Both the position numbers and the translations under genes were made by a program. 64,000 nucleotides of DNA from Deltaproteobacteria bacterium (lineage in GTDB: Bacteria > Desulfobacterota_D > UBA1144 > Nemesobacterales > CSP1-2): contig JBQTHB010000007.1 of the NCBI GenBank assembly GCA_052390235.1, positions 32,001-96,000 of the forward strand. Direction: 5' to 3'. Below are positions 1-8,792 of this stretch, one piece after another (within the stretch, counting starts at the first letter, position 1; every line of letters begins with the position of its first letter). Under the pieces are notes generated by a model, which did not search any database, was not told the origin of the DNA, and saw only the letters and a list, made by a program, of their open reading frames with translations.

Positions 1-304
1 CGGGGAAAATAACGTCAACTCCATGCTTTAGGGAAACCCCGCCGGAGCAGATTTCATAGAACGCCGGATTGCGAGCATCCAACGATGGCGCTAAAGTGGA
101 GCCGGAGGATATTTCTATGTTGCCCCCTTGGAGACAGGAGCCGACTGCGGCGCGCCTCCATAAGCCGCTTTTTTCTATGAATATGGGGAAAACCTCGAAT
201 TTTGCAGAATCCAGATTCTTGATAATTGACCTGGCAGAAATCACAGAGATTTCATGCTCTACGGAAACCCCGCCGAAAACGACTGCAACTGTTAATTTGG
301 GCAA
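1..304 (-). CDS. ddl: D-alanine--D-alanine ligase, N-terminal part (runs off the window)
   Basis: Not in the ORF track. Manual translation from TTG at 304 (preceded by AAGGAG) gives MPKLTVAVVFGGVSVEHEISVISARSIIKNLD...VDVIFP, matching the Ddl N-terminal GGxSxEHEIS motif. Confidence 0.92.
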   Translation of the reverse strand, partial: MPKLTVAVVFGGVSVEHEISVISARSIIKNLDSAKFEVFPIFIEKSGLWRRAAVGSCLQGGNIEISSGSTLAPSLDARNPAFYEICSGGVSLKHGVDVIFP

Positions 305-468
305 CTCAAAACTCCTTGAACCTCCAGAGTTTCAATGAGTTACCCAAGAGGCTTTGGGTTGTCAAGGGTCGGGGGGCGAGGGCGAGCGGAGTGTACTTTG
401 CAAAAATTGGTTTCTAAGGTAGAATGCCAGCTAAAATTCTCAACAATAGATTTAAGGAGGTTAAAACA

Positions 469-1656
469 ATGCAGAAAGTCGTGATATGCGAACCGCTCAG
501 GACGGCTATCGGGGCGTTTGGCGGCTCATTAAAGGATTTTCCAGCCGTAACGCTCGGCTCTACAGTCGTAAAAGAGGTACTAAGCCGCTCTGAAATTGAC
601 CCAAAAGAGATTAACGATTGCATTCTGGGAAATATTCTCGGCGCAGGGCAGGGGATGAACCCCTCGAGACAGGTCGCGCTCGGCGCTGGGCTTAACGTGC
701 AGACCCCGGCGTTTACAATTAATAGAGTATGCGGCTCTGGCGTGCAGTCAGTGGCTCTCGCCGCCCAGGCAATCAAAGCCGGAGATGCCGACGTCGTCAT
801 CGCTGGCGGCATCGAGAACATGAGCGCCGCCCCGTTCTATCTACCGAAGGCGCGCTACGGCTACAGAATGGCTATGCCCAAGGACGAAATCACCGACGGC
901 ATGGTCTATGACGGGCTCTGGGACATTTTCAACAACTACCACATGGGAGTAACCGCCGAGAACCTCGCCGAGATTTATAACATCTCAAGGCAGGAGCAAG
1001 ACGAGTTTTCCTACAAGAGCCAGATGAAGGCAAAAGCCGCTATTGAGTCCGGCAGATTCAAAGACGAAATCGTCCCAATAATGATTCCGCAGAGAAAAGG
1101 CGACCCGCTCGCGTTTGAAAAGGACGAACACGCAAAAGCCGACACCACGCCCCAGAGCCTTGCCGGGCTTCGTCCCGTGTTTAAAGTGGGCGGAACTGTA
1201 ACGGCGGGAAACGCATCGGGCATCAACGACGGAGCGGCGGCGATGATAGTTGCCAGCGAAGCCAAGGCAAAAGCCCTTGGGCTAAAGCCGATGGCGTCCA
1301 TCGTGGCTTACGCCGTTGCGGGAGTGGAGCCGTCCGTAATGGGAATTGGCCCAGTGCCTGCGATTCAGAAGGTGCTAGACAAGGCCGGTCTGTCCTTAGA
1401 CGACATTGACCTTTTTGAACTCAATGAGGCGTTTGCCGTGCAATCTCTTGCCGTGCTACGCGACCTTCCGATACCGAGCGAGAAGATTAATGTCAACGGA
1501 GGGGCGATTGCCCTTGGGCATCCGATAGGGGCTTCGGGAACAATTATCCTCGTAAAGCTCGTCCATGAAATGAAAAAGAGAAAGGTGAAAAGAGGGCTTG
1601 CCTCCCTTTGCATCGGCGGCGGTATGGGTATCGCCATTATTGTCGAGAGAGCTTAG
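469..1656 (+). CDS. Acetyl-CoA C-acetyltransferase (thiolase)
   Basis: Thiolase motifs INRVCGSG, NEAFA, GHPIGASG and LCIGGG. ATG at 469 follows AAGGAGG (the ORF track starts at 424). Confidence 0.96.
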   Translation: MQKVVICEPLRTAIGAFGGSLKDFPAVTLGSTVVKEVLSRSEIDPKEINDCILGNILGAGQGMNPSRQVALGAGLNVQTPAFTINRVCGSGVQSVALAAQAIKAGDADVVIAGGIENMSAAPFYLPKARYGYRMAMPKDEITDGMVYDGLWDIFNNYHMGVTAENLAEIYNISRQEQDEFSYKSQMKAKAAIESGRFKDEIVPIMIPQRKGDPLAFEKDEHAKADTTPQSLAGLRPVFKVGGTVTAGNASGINDGAAAMIVASEAKAKALGLKPMASIVAYAVAGVEPSVMGIGPVPAIQKVLDKAGLSLDDIDLFELNEAFAVQSLAVLRDLPIPSEKINVNGGAIALGHPIGASGTIILVKLVHEMKKRKVKRGLASLCIGGGMGIAIIVERA

Positions 1657-1671
1657 TTTAACCCTAACGCG

Positions 1672-1707
1672 TCGGGCTGGGGAATTGTCAGCGCCTCAGC
1701 CCGATTT
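1672..1707 (+). terminator. Hairpin after the thiolase, possible terminator
   Basis: TCGGGCTGGGG...CCTCAGCCCGA followed by a short TTT. Confidence 0.35.
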
Positions 1708-1843
1708 GCCGCTTTGTCCGGTTGTCAGAATCCATCCGCTGTTTCCCTCGAATCGAGCTTCATTATGTGTTAGAATCACACGCGGCGTCGTTTGTCGAAT
1801 CTATTCGATGCCGCTAGGACTTCTCTAATCTCAAGGAGGAAAA

Positions 1844-3199
1844 TTGATTTCTATTGTCTTAGGTCTCGCGGCTGTAGTTTTTCTAGTTCTGCTTAACGGT
1901 TTCTTTGTCGCCGCCGAATTTGCTTTGGTGAGTGTGCGCAAATCCAAAATTGATCAGCTCGTAAATGAAGGAAGCGCCCGCGCGCGGCTAGTACAGAAGG
2001 CTATTGCTCATCTGGATACGTATATCGCCGCAACGCAGCTCGGAATCACTATGTCTTCTCTCGCCCTTGGATTCATCGGAGAGCCTGCCGTAGCGGTTTT
2101 AATTGAGCCTCTGCTCGCGAGGTTTCTGCCTCCCGAAGGAGTCTATTTCACCTCTCACGGAGTGGCTCTGGTGATTGCCTTCTCCATTGCCACTGCCCTT
2201 CACATTGTCATCGGAGAGCTTGCCCCCAAGAGCATCGCCCTTCAGCGGCCCGACGGTACGGCTCTTTGGGTAACAGCGCCGCTCGATATTTTCCTTCGGG
2301 TATTCCGCCCGTTTATCTATTCCCTCAACTGGGTGGGAAACGCAGTGGTGCGGCTAATAGGTCTAAAGCCTGTCGCCGGACACGCCTCGGTTCACTCCGT
2401 GGAGGAGCTTGGAATGCTCATACGCTCGAGCAGAGAGGCGGGCGTGCTGGCGGAACATCAAGAAGAGATGGTCGCCGGCGTGTTTGAATTCGGCGCGCGC
2501 TACGCAAGCCAGGTTATGACTCCCCGCACCGAGATTGACGCCGTCCCGATAACGATAGGCATAGGGGAGCTTGCCAAAAACTTCAGCGAGCTTTCCCACT
2601 CGCGCCTGCCGATTTATGAAGATGATCTGGACCATATCCTGGGCGTGGTTCTCGCCAAAGATGTGCTGAGCCTGCTTGAGCGCAGAGTGGATGCCTCCTC
2701 CTTCGATATAAGATCTGTTATGCGCAAGGTTCCGTTTGTGCCTGAGAACCTGCCGCTGGACAAACTCATGGGCGAGCTTCGCCGCAAAAAATCCCATTTA
2801 GCTGTGGTGATTGATGAGTTTGGAGGCACGGCAGGTCTCGTAACTCTCGAGGATATGCTTGAGGAAATCGTGGGCGAGGTGGCGGATGAGTACGACGTGT
2901 CCGATGAGTGGGTGAGGAAATTCCCCGACGGGAGTGCCTCGATTGACGGCTTGATGACGATAGAAGAGGCAAACTCGCTATTCGGGCTTGGAATAGAAGA
3001 GTCGTTCTACGACACCTTGGGCGGATACATATTCGGGCGGCTACAGAGAACCGCTGACGTGGGAGACGTTATCGGGCTTCCCGACGGGCGCACGCTTAGG
3101 GTTACGGAACTCGACGATTTGCGGATAGCCAGAGCGCTGCTCTCTGCAAAGGCCGAAAGCCTCGATGCGGGAACTCAACGCGGCGAGCCTGGATTGTAG
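1844..3199 (+). CDS. HlyC/CorC (CNNM + CBS + CorC) family transporter / hemolysin-like protein
   Basis: NGFFVAAEFALV, GELAPKS, MTPR, VIDEFGGTAGLVTLED and DTLGG motifs. TTG start after AAGGAGG. Confidence 0.93.
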   Translation: MISIVLGLAAVVFLVLLNGFFVAAEFALVSVRKSKIDQLVNEGSARARLVQKAIAHLDTYIAATQLGITMSSLALGFIGEPAVAVLIEPLLARFLPPEGVYFTSHGVALVIAFSIATALHIVIGELAPKSIALQRPDGTALWVTAPLDIFLRVFRPFIYSLNWVGNAVVRLIGLKPVAGHASVHSVEELGMLIRSSREAGVLAEHQEEMVAGVFEFGARYASQVMTPRTEIDAVPITIGIGELAKNFSELSHSRLPIYEDDLDHILGVVLAKDVLSLLERRVDASSFDIRSVMRKVPFVPENLPLDKLMGELRRKKSHLAVVIDEFGGTAGLVTLEDMLEEIVGEVADEYDVSDEWVRKFPDGSASIDGLMTIEEANSLFGLGIEESFYDTLGGYIFGRLQRTADVGDVIGLPDGRTLRVTELDDLRIARALLSAKAESLDAGTQRGEPGL

Positions 3200-3251
3200 C
3201 TTAGAGGGGATTTTTGCTATAGCCGCAAATTAACGCGAAGTTTTGCCGAAT

Positions 3252-3716
3252 CTATGAATTCCCATTTTTGCGCGCATCGCTCAGGGCTGTTTCCACTGCC
3301 GCCGCCGCCGCCTCGGCGAGAGCGTCCAAGCTCTCATTGAACGAGGGTTGAAATACCAGAATTGCAGACTCGGCGAGCATGGCATTTAGATTCCCGTCCT
3401 CGGATTTGCGAAAATCCGTCCTCACCCCTATAACCGGCTTTCCTTTGGCGAAGGCGTAGCCGCACTCCCACGACGTGCCTGAATCCGAATCGCTCCCGTC
3501 GAGTACGGCGATGACCGCCTCAGCCCCGTCAATTGACTCTACGTTGCGCTTGAAAATCACGGAAAAATCCGTCTTCCCGTCCCGAAAATCGGCTTCCGTG
3601 TCCTGCGGGAGAATTATCTCAAGCTCCGGCTTCAACTCCCCAAGACGGGCCGCAAATTGCCTGTTCCAAACCCTCTCGGCTTGAGTGAAAAGGGGGGCGG
3701 CAAGGTATATTTTCAT
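3252..3716 (-). CDS. Nucleoside 2-deoxyribosyltransferase family protein
   Basis: IYLAAPLF...DSGTSWECGYAFAKGKPV...NAML signature. Confidence 0.9.
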   Translation of the reverse strand: MKIYLAAPLFTQAERVWNRQFAARLGELKPELEIILPQDTEADFRDGKTDFSVIFKRNVESIDGAEAVIAVLDGSDSDSGTSWECGYAFAKGKPVIGVRTDFRKSEDGNLNAMLAESAILVFQPSFNESLDALAEAAAAAVETALSDARKNGNS

Positions 3717-3726
3717 CTCTCCCTCC

Positions 3727-4149
3727 CTAGCTGAATATGCTCCTGAAGCCTTCGGGCACGGGGGCGATTTTTCTCTCTTTATAGTTGTAAAATACGATGC
3801 CGGTCTTCGCCCTCGCTATCTCTCTCGCGGATTTCTTCTCCGAGATTTTATAGTAAAAATCGCATCCATATCTGCTAAATTCCGCTACGGCTATCTCGAT
3901 TTCGGCCACTTCCCCGTAGAACGCCTCCGATTTATAGGTCAGGACGGCGTCGGCTATGATAATCCCCACGCCCTCGATGTCGCCCTCGGTGAATCCGTGC
4001 GAGGCAATGAGTCTTACCCGCGCCTCGTGGGTTAGGCTGAGGATTGAGTCGTGTCCTAGATGCCCCCCGTAGTTTATATCGCTTATGCGTATCGCGATGT
4101 CGGTTGCAAAGTGAAAATTATCGGGCAATTCGAGCTTTACTCTTGCCAT
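3727..4149 (-). CDS. Hot-dog fold acyl-CoA thioesterase (4HBT-like)
   Basis: IRISDINYGGHLG...EAR motif. Confidence 0.88.
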   Translation of the reverse strand: MARVKLELPDNFHFATDIAIRISDINYGGHLGHDSILSLTHEARVRLIASHGFTEGDIEGVGIIIADAVLTYKSEAFYGEVAEIEIAVAEFSRYGCDFYYKISEKKSAREIARAKTGIVFYNYKERKIAPVPEGFRSIFS

Positions 4150-4205
4150 GCGTCTCCTCTTTTGCGGCGTATAATTTTATATCGGCTCATATCTCATATA
4201 TCCCC

Positions 4206-4568
4206 TCATTCAGCCCTGGCGACTCCCGCCCGCATCTGCTCCTTCGCCCCGAATTTCGATGCAAAGTCCCGCGCCTGCGCCTCGGTCATCCCCGCGCCGA
4301 CCATTACCCGAAATCTGCCCTCTGCCGCGCCCGCTTGAATGTAGGCGAAGTATCCGCGCGTTCTGAGCGTGTCGAGTAGCCCTAGAGCGCTTTCGCCGTC
4401 CGGGAAGGCGGCTATCTCTAGGGCATAGCGCGCCGCATCGCCGCTTATAATCTGGCTCATCGCCTCCTCGCGCTGAGGGGATGGCGCCGAGATGATATTC
4501 GCAGACAGATACGCCCCTGCGGCAATTCCAATGGCGAGTATCAGAAATTTGATAAGCATCGAGTTCAT
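4206..4568 (-). CDS. Membrane-anchored SPOR-domain protein
   Basis: N-terminal TM, then YALEIAAF...LRTRGYFAYI...FRVMVG. Start is probably ATG 4568 or 4559; the longer ORF-track start overlaps the divergent gene. Confidence 0.65.
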   Translation of the reverse strand: MNSMLIKFLILAIGIAAGAYLSANIISAPSPQREEAMSQIISGDAARYALEIAAFPDGESALGLLDTLRTRGYFAYIQAGAAEGRFRVMVGAGMTEAQARDFASKFGAKEQMRAGVARAE

Positions 4569-4724
4569 GAGAGGGGTTATTATACTCGACTTTCCAGCAC
4601 AGATGTCTCGATGAAACGATATAAAATTTACCTCTGCCTTGATTTTTGCGGGGGGCGGGTTATCCTTTGAGCCGATTTTAGTTTTGAGTCCCCATGGATT
4701 GAGGATAACGAGGCGGAGGCACAG

Positions 4725-4949
4725 ATGGAGAAGTCCGAAAAAGAACACATGAGCAAACATGTGGATATTGAGTCTAAGAGGTTTTTCTTCGACGTGAAGG
4801 AAAATCACAAGGGGAAGTATTTGAGGATTACAGAACTCAGCGGCGGGAGGTCTTGCATAGTGATTCCTCTCGCTGGAATTAAGGAATTTAAAGAGAGGCT
4901 CGGCGAAATAGTGGATGAAGCCTCGAAACTCGTCGAAGGGGATTATTAA
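4725..4949 (+). CDS. Single-repeat PUR-family (PurA / DUF3276-like) ssDNA/RNA-binding protein
   Basis: SKHVDIESKRFFFDVKENHKGKYLRITE...RSCIVIP..GIKEF resembles a PUR repeat. GGAGG SD present. Confidence 0.8.
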   Translation: MEKSEKEHMSKHVDIESKRFFFDVKENHKGKYLRITELSGGRSCIVIPLAGIKEFKERLGEIVDEASKLVEGDY

Positions 4950-4998
4950 TATTTCCTTGCCTTTTGTTTGGGAATTGGGCTAAAATCACGGCAATATC

Positions 4999-5073
4999 GG
5001 GCGGTTAACTCAGCGGTAGAGTGCCATCCTCACACGGTGGAAGCCACTGGTTCGATCCCAGTACCGCCCACCA
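4999..5073 (+). tRNA. tRNA-Val (anticodon CAC)
   Basis: Acceptor stem GGGCGGT/ACCGCCC, anticodon arm CCATC-CTCACAC-GGTGG, T-loop GGTTCGATCC, encoded CCA end. Confidence 0.97.
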
Positions 5074-5134
5074 CCTTCTTTCCACTCTCATCTGTATATC
5101 TTTAATCTTAAACTACTTGCCGAGGAGGGGATAA

Positions 5135-5446
5135 ATGACTAAGAACGAGCTTACGGCGGAATTTGAAGCCGTGGTGAATGAATTTATTAAGAGCCATATC
5201 GCGGAGCTTGCCCAGATGGTAAGCTGGGCTAAGATGCCGGAGAGCGATATGATTTTTGGCAACGCCGACCTCAGCTCTCTGGATTTTGTTCTTGCTCTCC
5301 TGCGCGCATTCAAGAAAAACGGCGCGAGAGTGATTGACGCCGGCGCTTGGCAGCCATTTCCCAACTTCGCCTTTCCTGTCAATTTCCCCTTGGATAAGCT
5401 CCACCCCGAAGAAACCATTGACTGGAACTCAGAACTCGGTCTCTGA
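5135..5446 (+). CDS. Hypothetical protein
   Basis: 103-aa ORF with a strong GAGGAGG SD. No recognised motif. Confidence 0.65.
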   Translation: MTKNELTAEFEAVVNEFIKSHIAELAQMVSWAKMPESDMIFGNADLSSLDFVLALLRAFKKNGARVIDAGAWQPFPNFAFPVNFPLDKLHPEETIDWNSELGL

Positions 5447-5654
5447 GATTAAAGCCGTATTGGATTGAATCCGCTTTAAAAGTTAGCCTCGCTCCTGCGG
5501 CAATAGGGGCGTCAGAGCCGTTGGCGCGCGCGTGCATTATGCAACGCTCCGCCGCATAGTCCCAATTGCCGCCGCCTGATTGTATGAATAAATCGCTGAA
5601 GGGTAGGGGCGGCGCAGCCGGCCTGCCGAGCCGCGCCCCGCACAGTGTAGTGGA

Positions 5655-6230
5655 TTACCTCTTCTTGTTGATTCTCTCTATATAGACGCCGGTTCTGGTG
5701 TCAACCTTTACAATGTCGCCCACCTCGATAAATAGCGGGACGGATATTGTCGTGCCAGTTTCGAGTTTCGCGGGTTTTGACGAGCCGGAGACAGTATCGC
5801 CTTTTAAGCCCGGGTCGGTGTCGGCGACGATAAGCTCAACGCTAGTGGGAAGATCCACGCCTATAGGCTCGTTTTTATAGAACTGGATATGAAGCTCCTG
5901 CTGTTCCTTGAGGAATTTGACGGAATCGCCAAGCTGTTTTTCGCTAAAGCCGGTCTGGTCATAAGTCGTGGTGTCCATGAAATAGTAGCCAACCTCGTCT
6001 TTGTAGAGGAATTGCATCGCCACGCGCTCGATGTCAGGAAGGGTAAATGTTTCCCCTGAGCGGAAGTTCTTCTCCTGCACCGACCCGGTAACGGTGTTTC
6101 TGACCTTTGTTTTTACAACGGGGCTTCTCTGCGCCATTTTTGAGTGTGCATACTCTATTACCTCCCAAATACCGCCTTCAAGCTCAATTCTAAGCCCCTT
6201 ATAAAATCCGCTCGTATCAACTACTCCCAT
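5655..6230 (-). CDS. efp: Translation elongation factor P
   Basis: TDPGLKGDTVSG, KPAKLETG, VPLFI and VDTRTG motifs. The tip loop is atypical (KMAQR). Confidence 0.96.
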   Translation of the reverse strand: MGVVDTSGFYKGLRIELEGGIWEVIEYAHSKMAQRSPVVKTKVRNTVTGSVQEKNFRSGETFTLPDIERVAMQFLYKDEVGYYFMDTTTYDQTGFSEKQLGDSVKFLKEQQELHIQFYKNEPIGVDLPTSVELIVADTDPGLKGDTVSGSSKPAKLETGTTISVPLFIEVGDIVKVDTRTGVYIERINKKR

Positions 6231-6245
6231 ATTTAAACGCCTCCT

Positions 6246-6434
6246 TTAGTATTCTTCTTCCTCTGAATTGCCATTGCTCCGCTCGCTGCTGCCGGTCTCT
6301 TCAGTCGGGATTTTATATTGTCCCTCAGCCCATGCGCCCAGGTCAATCATTTTGCACCTCTCCGAGCAGAACGGTCTCCACCTATTCCCTACCCATTCGA
6401 CTGATGTACTGCATCTTGGACACTTGACCCGCAT
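6246..6434 (-). CDS. yacG: DNA gyrase inhibitor YacG
   Basis: CPRC...[16 protein letters not shown] signature. Confidence 0.95.
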   Translation of the reverse strand: MRVKCPRCSTSVEWVGNRWRPFCSERCKMIDLGAWAEGQYKIPTEETGSSERSNGNSEEEEY

Positions 6435-6483
6435 TGAGAAGGTGAAGTATGGCTAAGCGGGAGGAATAAAGCAAGCTGAGGGG

Positions 6484-7143
6484 TTAGCCATGTTGCGCCA
6501 GCGAGAGTACGAGGTTGAGATTAATCTCGCTCACGCTGGGAACTATAATGTCGGCGGCGGCGAACTCAGCTTGGCTGAGTCTCTTGTCGGGTGCGGCGAT
6601 ACAGCGCATCCCTGCGGATTTTGCTGCTCTGAGGCCGTTGATGGAGTCCTCGATAACGGCGCATTCCTCTGGCTCTGCGGACAGCTTCCGCGCCGTATAG
6701 AGGTATATATCTGGATGCGGCTTGCCATTTGGAACGAATTCCCCAGCGACAACTGTGTCAAAAAATCCGCCCAAATTAAATTTTTCGAGGACGAATTTAA
6801 TCACCCTATTAGGCGAGCTTGAGGCGACTGCGAGGCTCATTCCCCCGTCCCGAAGCTCCTCTAGGAGGCGGATAAGCCCGTCCATTAGCCTAAGCTCCGT
6901 TTCGTAGATGCCCAGGAGAATCGCGATTCTCTCGCCTATGATGTCGTCCACCGTTTCGGGGAGATTGAACGTCCGCACGAGGAGCGCGCCTGAGTCCTGC
7001 TGGTTTAGCCCTACGATTTTATCCCTGTACGAGGGGTTGTAGTCAATCCCCCGCCTGCCGAGGAGAATCCGCTCGGTCTTCTCCCAAAGCGGCTCGCTGT
7101 CTATCATGACTCCATCCATGTCAAATATCACTGCTTTAATCAT
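6484..7143 (-). CDS. HAD-superfamily phosphatase (beta-PGM/CbbY-like)
   Basis: FDMDGV motif I, ASSS, KPHPDIY and IEDSING motifs. Confidence 0.92.
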   Translation of the reverse strand: MIKAVIFDMDGVMIDSEPLWEKTERILLGRRGIDYNPSYRDKIVGLNQQDSGALLVRTFNLPETVDDIIGERIAILLGIYETELRLMDGLIRLLEELRDGGMSLAVASSSPNRVIKFVLEKFNLGGFFDTVVAGEFVPNGKPHPDIYLYTARKLSAEPEECAVIEDSINGLRAAKSAGMRCIAAPDKRLSQAEFAAADIIVPSVSEINLNLVLSLAQHG

Positions 7144-8126
7144 CTCGGGGTCTCCTCCGTCCTGTATCCTGAATCTGTATGGCGCATACCGGCAATCCGC
7201 GCCGAGATTCTACTATTTTTAATCCTCTGCAATAAGTCTTTAGAATCAAGCGCTCCGCCCTCGGTGATAAATCCCGTGATGTAGCAAAGGGGCGTCAAGT
7301 CGAAATAGCGGTTGACTATCTCTAATCTCGCGTCCCTGTTAGCGAGGACTTTCTCGGCGGGATGCTCGTTTATTTTAAACGCAGGCATAAGCCCGGCGGA
7401 CAGGAATTTCTCGCTCCCCAAGAGGGCGAAAACCGCAGTTCCAAACTCATGCGCGAACACCGCAAGCCCCAAAGTCCCGGCTTTGTTAACTAGCCCTTCG
7501 GTTGAAACTGCATCCGCGCCGACGAGTACAGCGTCAACGCCCTTGCTCTGAATCATAGAAAATGCGACCATATCTGGCAGATAGATTACCTTAATACTCT
7601 CATCGGCGAGCTTTCGAGCCATTGCCGCACCCTCGAAAGCCGGTCTCGATTCCGTGCAAATGACTGTTGGATTTAGCCCCAGCGCCCTGGCTTGCGTTAT
7701 TGCCCGAAGCACGGTGGAGCTATATGAATGCGTGAGAATCGTAGGCGCGCGGCTGACTGAGGCAAGCGCCTCGGAGCAGTGCAAGGCAACGGATTTGCCG
7801 TTTGCCTCAATCTTCCGAACCCAGCTCCGAGCCGTAAATCTAATCCCCTCTCTCGCCTCGTTTTCGCCGCTTGAGTCCTCTGCGGCGAGCAGAATATCGT
7901 TTGCGAGGTTTAGGATAGGAGCCATCGAGCTATGACATTTGACGAGCTCTTCGGAGAAACTATGGACTCCCCCTAGGAAATCCGCCGCCGTGCCGCCGCC
8001 GATGCGCCCCTCTGCAAGCGCGATATAAACCTCAGACGCCCGCCTCGTCAACTCCGCCGCGCCCGATGCGCTGTCGCTTTGTATTTCAGCTAAGATTTCG
8101 GAGAGCGATTTTCCCGGTTCTGCCAT
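7140..8126 (-). CDS. eIF-2B alpha/beta/delta-like (IF-2B family) protein
   Basis: SGA, LTHSYSSTV, TESRPAFEG, VGADAV..GLVNKAGT, FDLTP and FITEGG motifs. Confidence 0.85.
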   Translation of the reverse strand: MAEPGKSLSEILAEIQSDSASGAAELTRRASEVYIALAEGRIGGGTAADFLGGVHSFSEELVKCHSSMAPILNLANDILLAAEDSSGENEAREGIRFTARSWVRKIEANGKSVALHCSEALASVSRAPTILTHSYSSTVLRAITQARALGLNPTVICTESRPAFEGAAMARKLADESIKVIYLPDMVAFSMIQSKGVDAVLVGADAVSTEGLVNKAGTLGLAVFAHEFGTAVFALLGSEKFLSAGLMPAFKINEHPAEKVLANRDARLEIVNRYFDLTPLCYITGFITEGGALDSKDLLQRIKNSRISARIAGMRHTDSGYRTEETPR

Positions 8127-8412
8127 TTTCCCCTATAATAAATATCGGCAATCGGCTAGATTGCAAGGAGGGAATAGAGCGGACTGCCCGCCGATATACA
8201 GAACTCAGCGCCGTGTCGGGCGCGAAGCTCCCACCGGCAGAACGCTCGATGCGAATTCAAACTGGATTGCAAGGAGGGTTGCCTCTTTGATGCGAGCGCG
8301 GGTTTCACGCACAGCCTCTGCTCGCGACTCGCTTGGAGATATTGCCGCCGCGCCGAGAATTTTCATCCTCAGAGCGCTGTAAGTATGAGTTATCGGCTAG
8401 TGATAAATTAGC

Positions 8413-8703
8413 TTAATACCTGCATCCGCCGCCGCCGTAGCCAAATCCGCCGTTGCTTCTGTAGCCGGAGTAATAGGGGTTGTAGGGGCCGAACCCAATG
8501 GGTCTGGAGTACCCTATGAAGGGGCGATTGTTGTAGTATGTGAAATTCTGCCGGTACGGGGAGTAATAATTGGAATTCTGCTGGCTATATTGTTGGTTTT
8601 TATAGAAACTGCGGTGCCGCCGTCCATCTTTCGCCGAACCGATTTCCGGGGCGATGAGAACGAAGCAAAGGACTACTCCGAGTGAGAGAATGAGCTTTTT
8701 CAT
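8413..8703 (-). CDS. Small secreted low-complexity protein
   Basis: Signal-peptide-like N-terminus, AGGAG SD, mature part rich in Y/N/Q/G. Confidence 0.65.
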   Translation of the reverse strand: MKKLILSLGVVLCFVLIAPEIGSAKDGRRHRSFYKNQQYSQQNSNYYSPYRQNFTYYNNRPFIGYSRPIGFGPYNPYYSGYRSNGGFGYGGGGCRY

Positions 8704-8792
8704 GGTCTCCTCCTAGAGGTTTTGTGTGATTTGCAGATATAAACTGCGAGAGACGCGCTCTGGTTTCAGCAGGGGCGATATAGAAGCGGAAT

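Noticed and set aside
4999..5655. Prophage or island integrated at tRNA-Val
   Set aside because: No integrase, and I found no duplicated tRNA 3' end in the window.
8159..8278. 14-bp direct repeat GATTGCAAGGAGGG (8159 and 8265)
   Set aside because: Only two copies, with no associated structure or gene start. Significance cannot be supported.
8413..8440. C-terminal GGGGC as a sorting signal for the CPBP protease
   Set aside because: No TM helix and basic tail follow the Cys.
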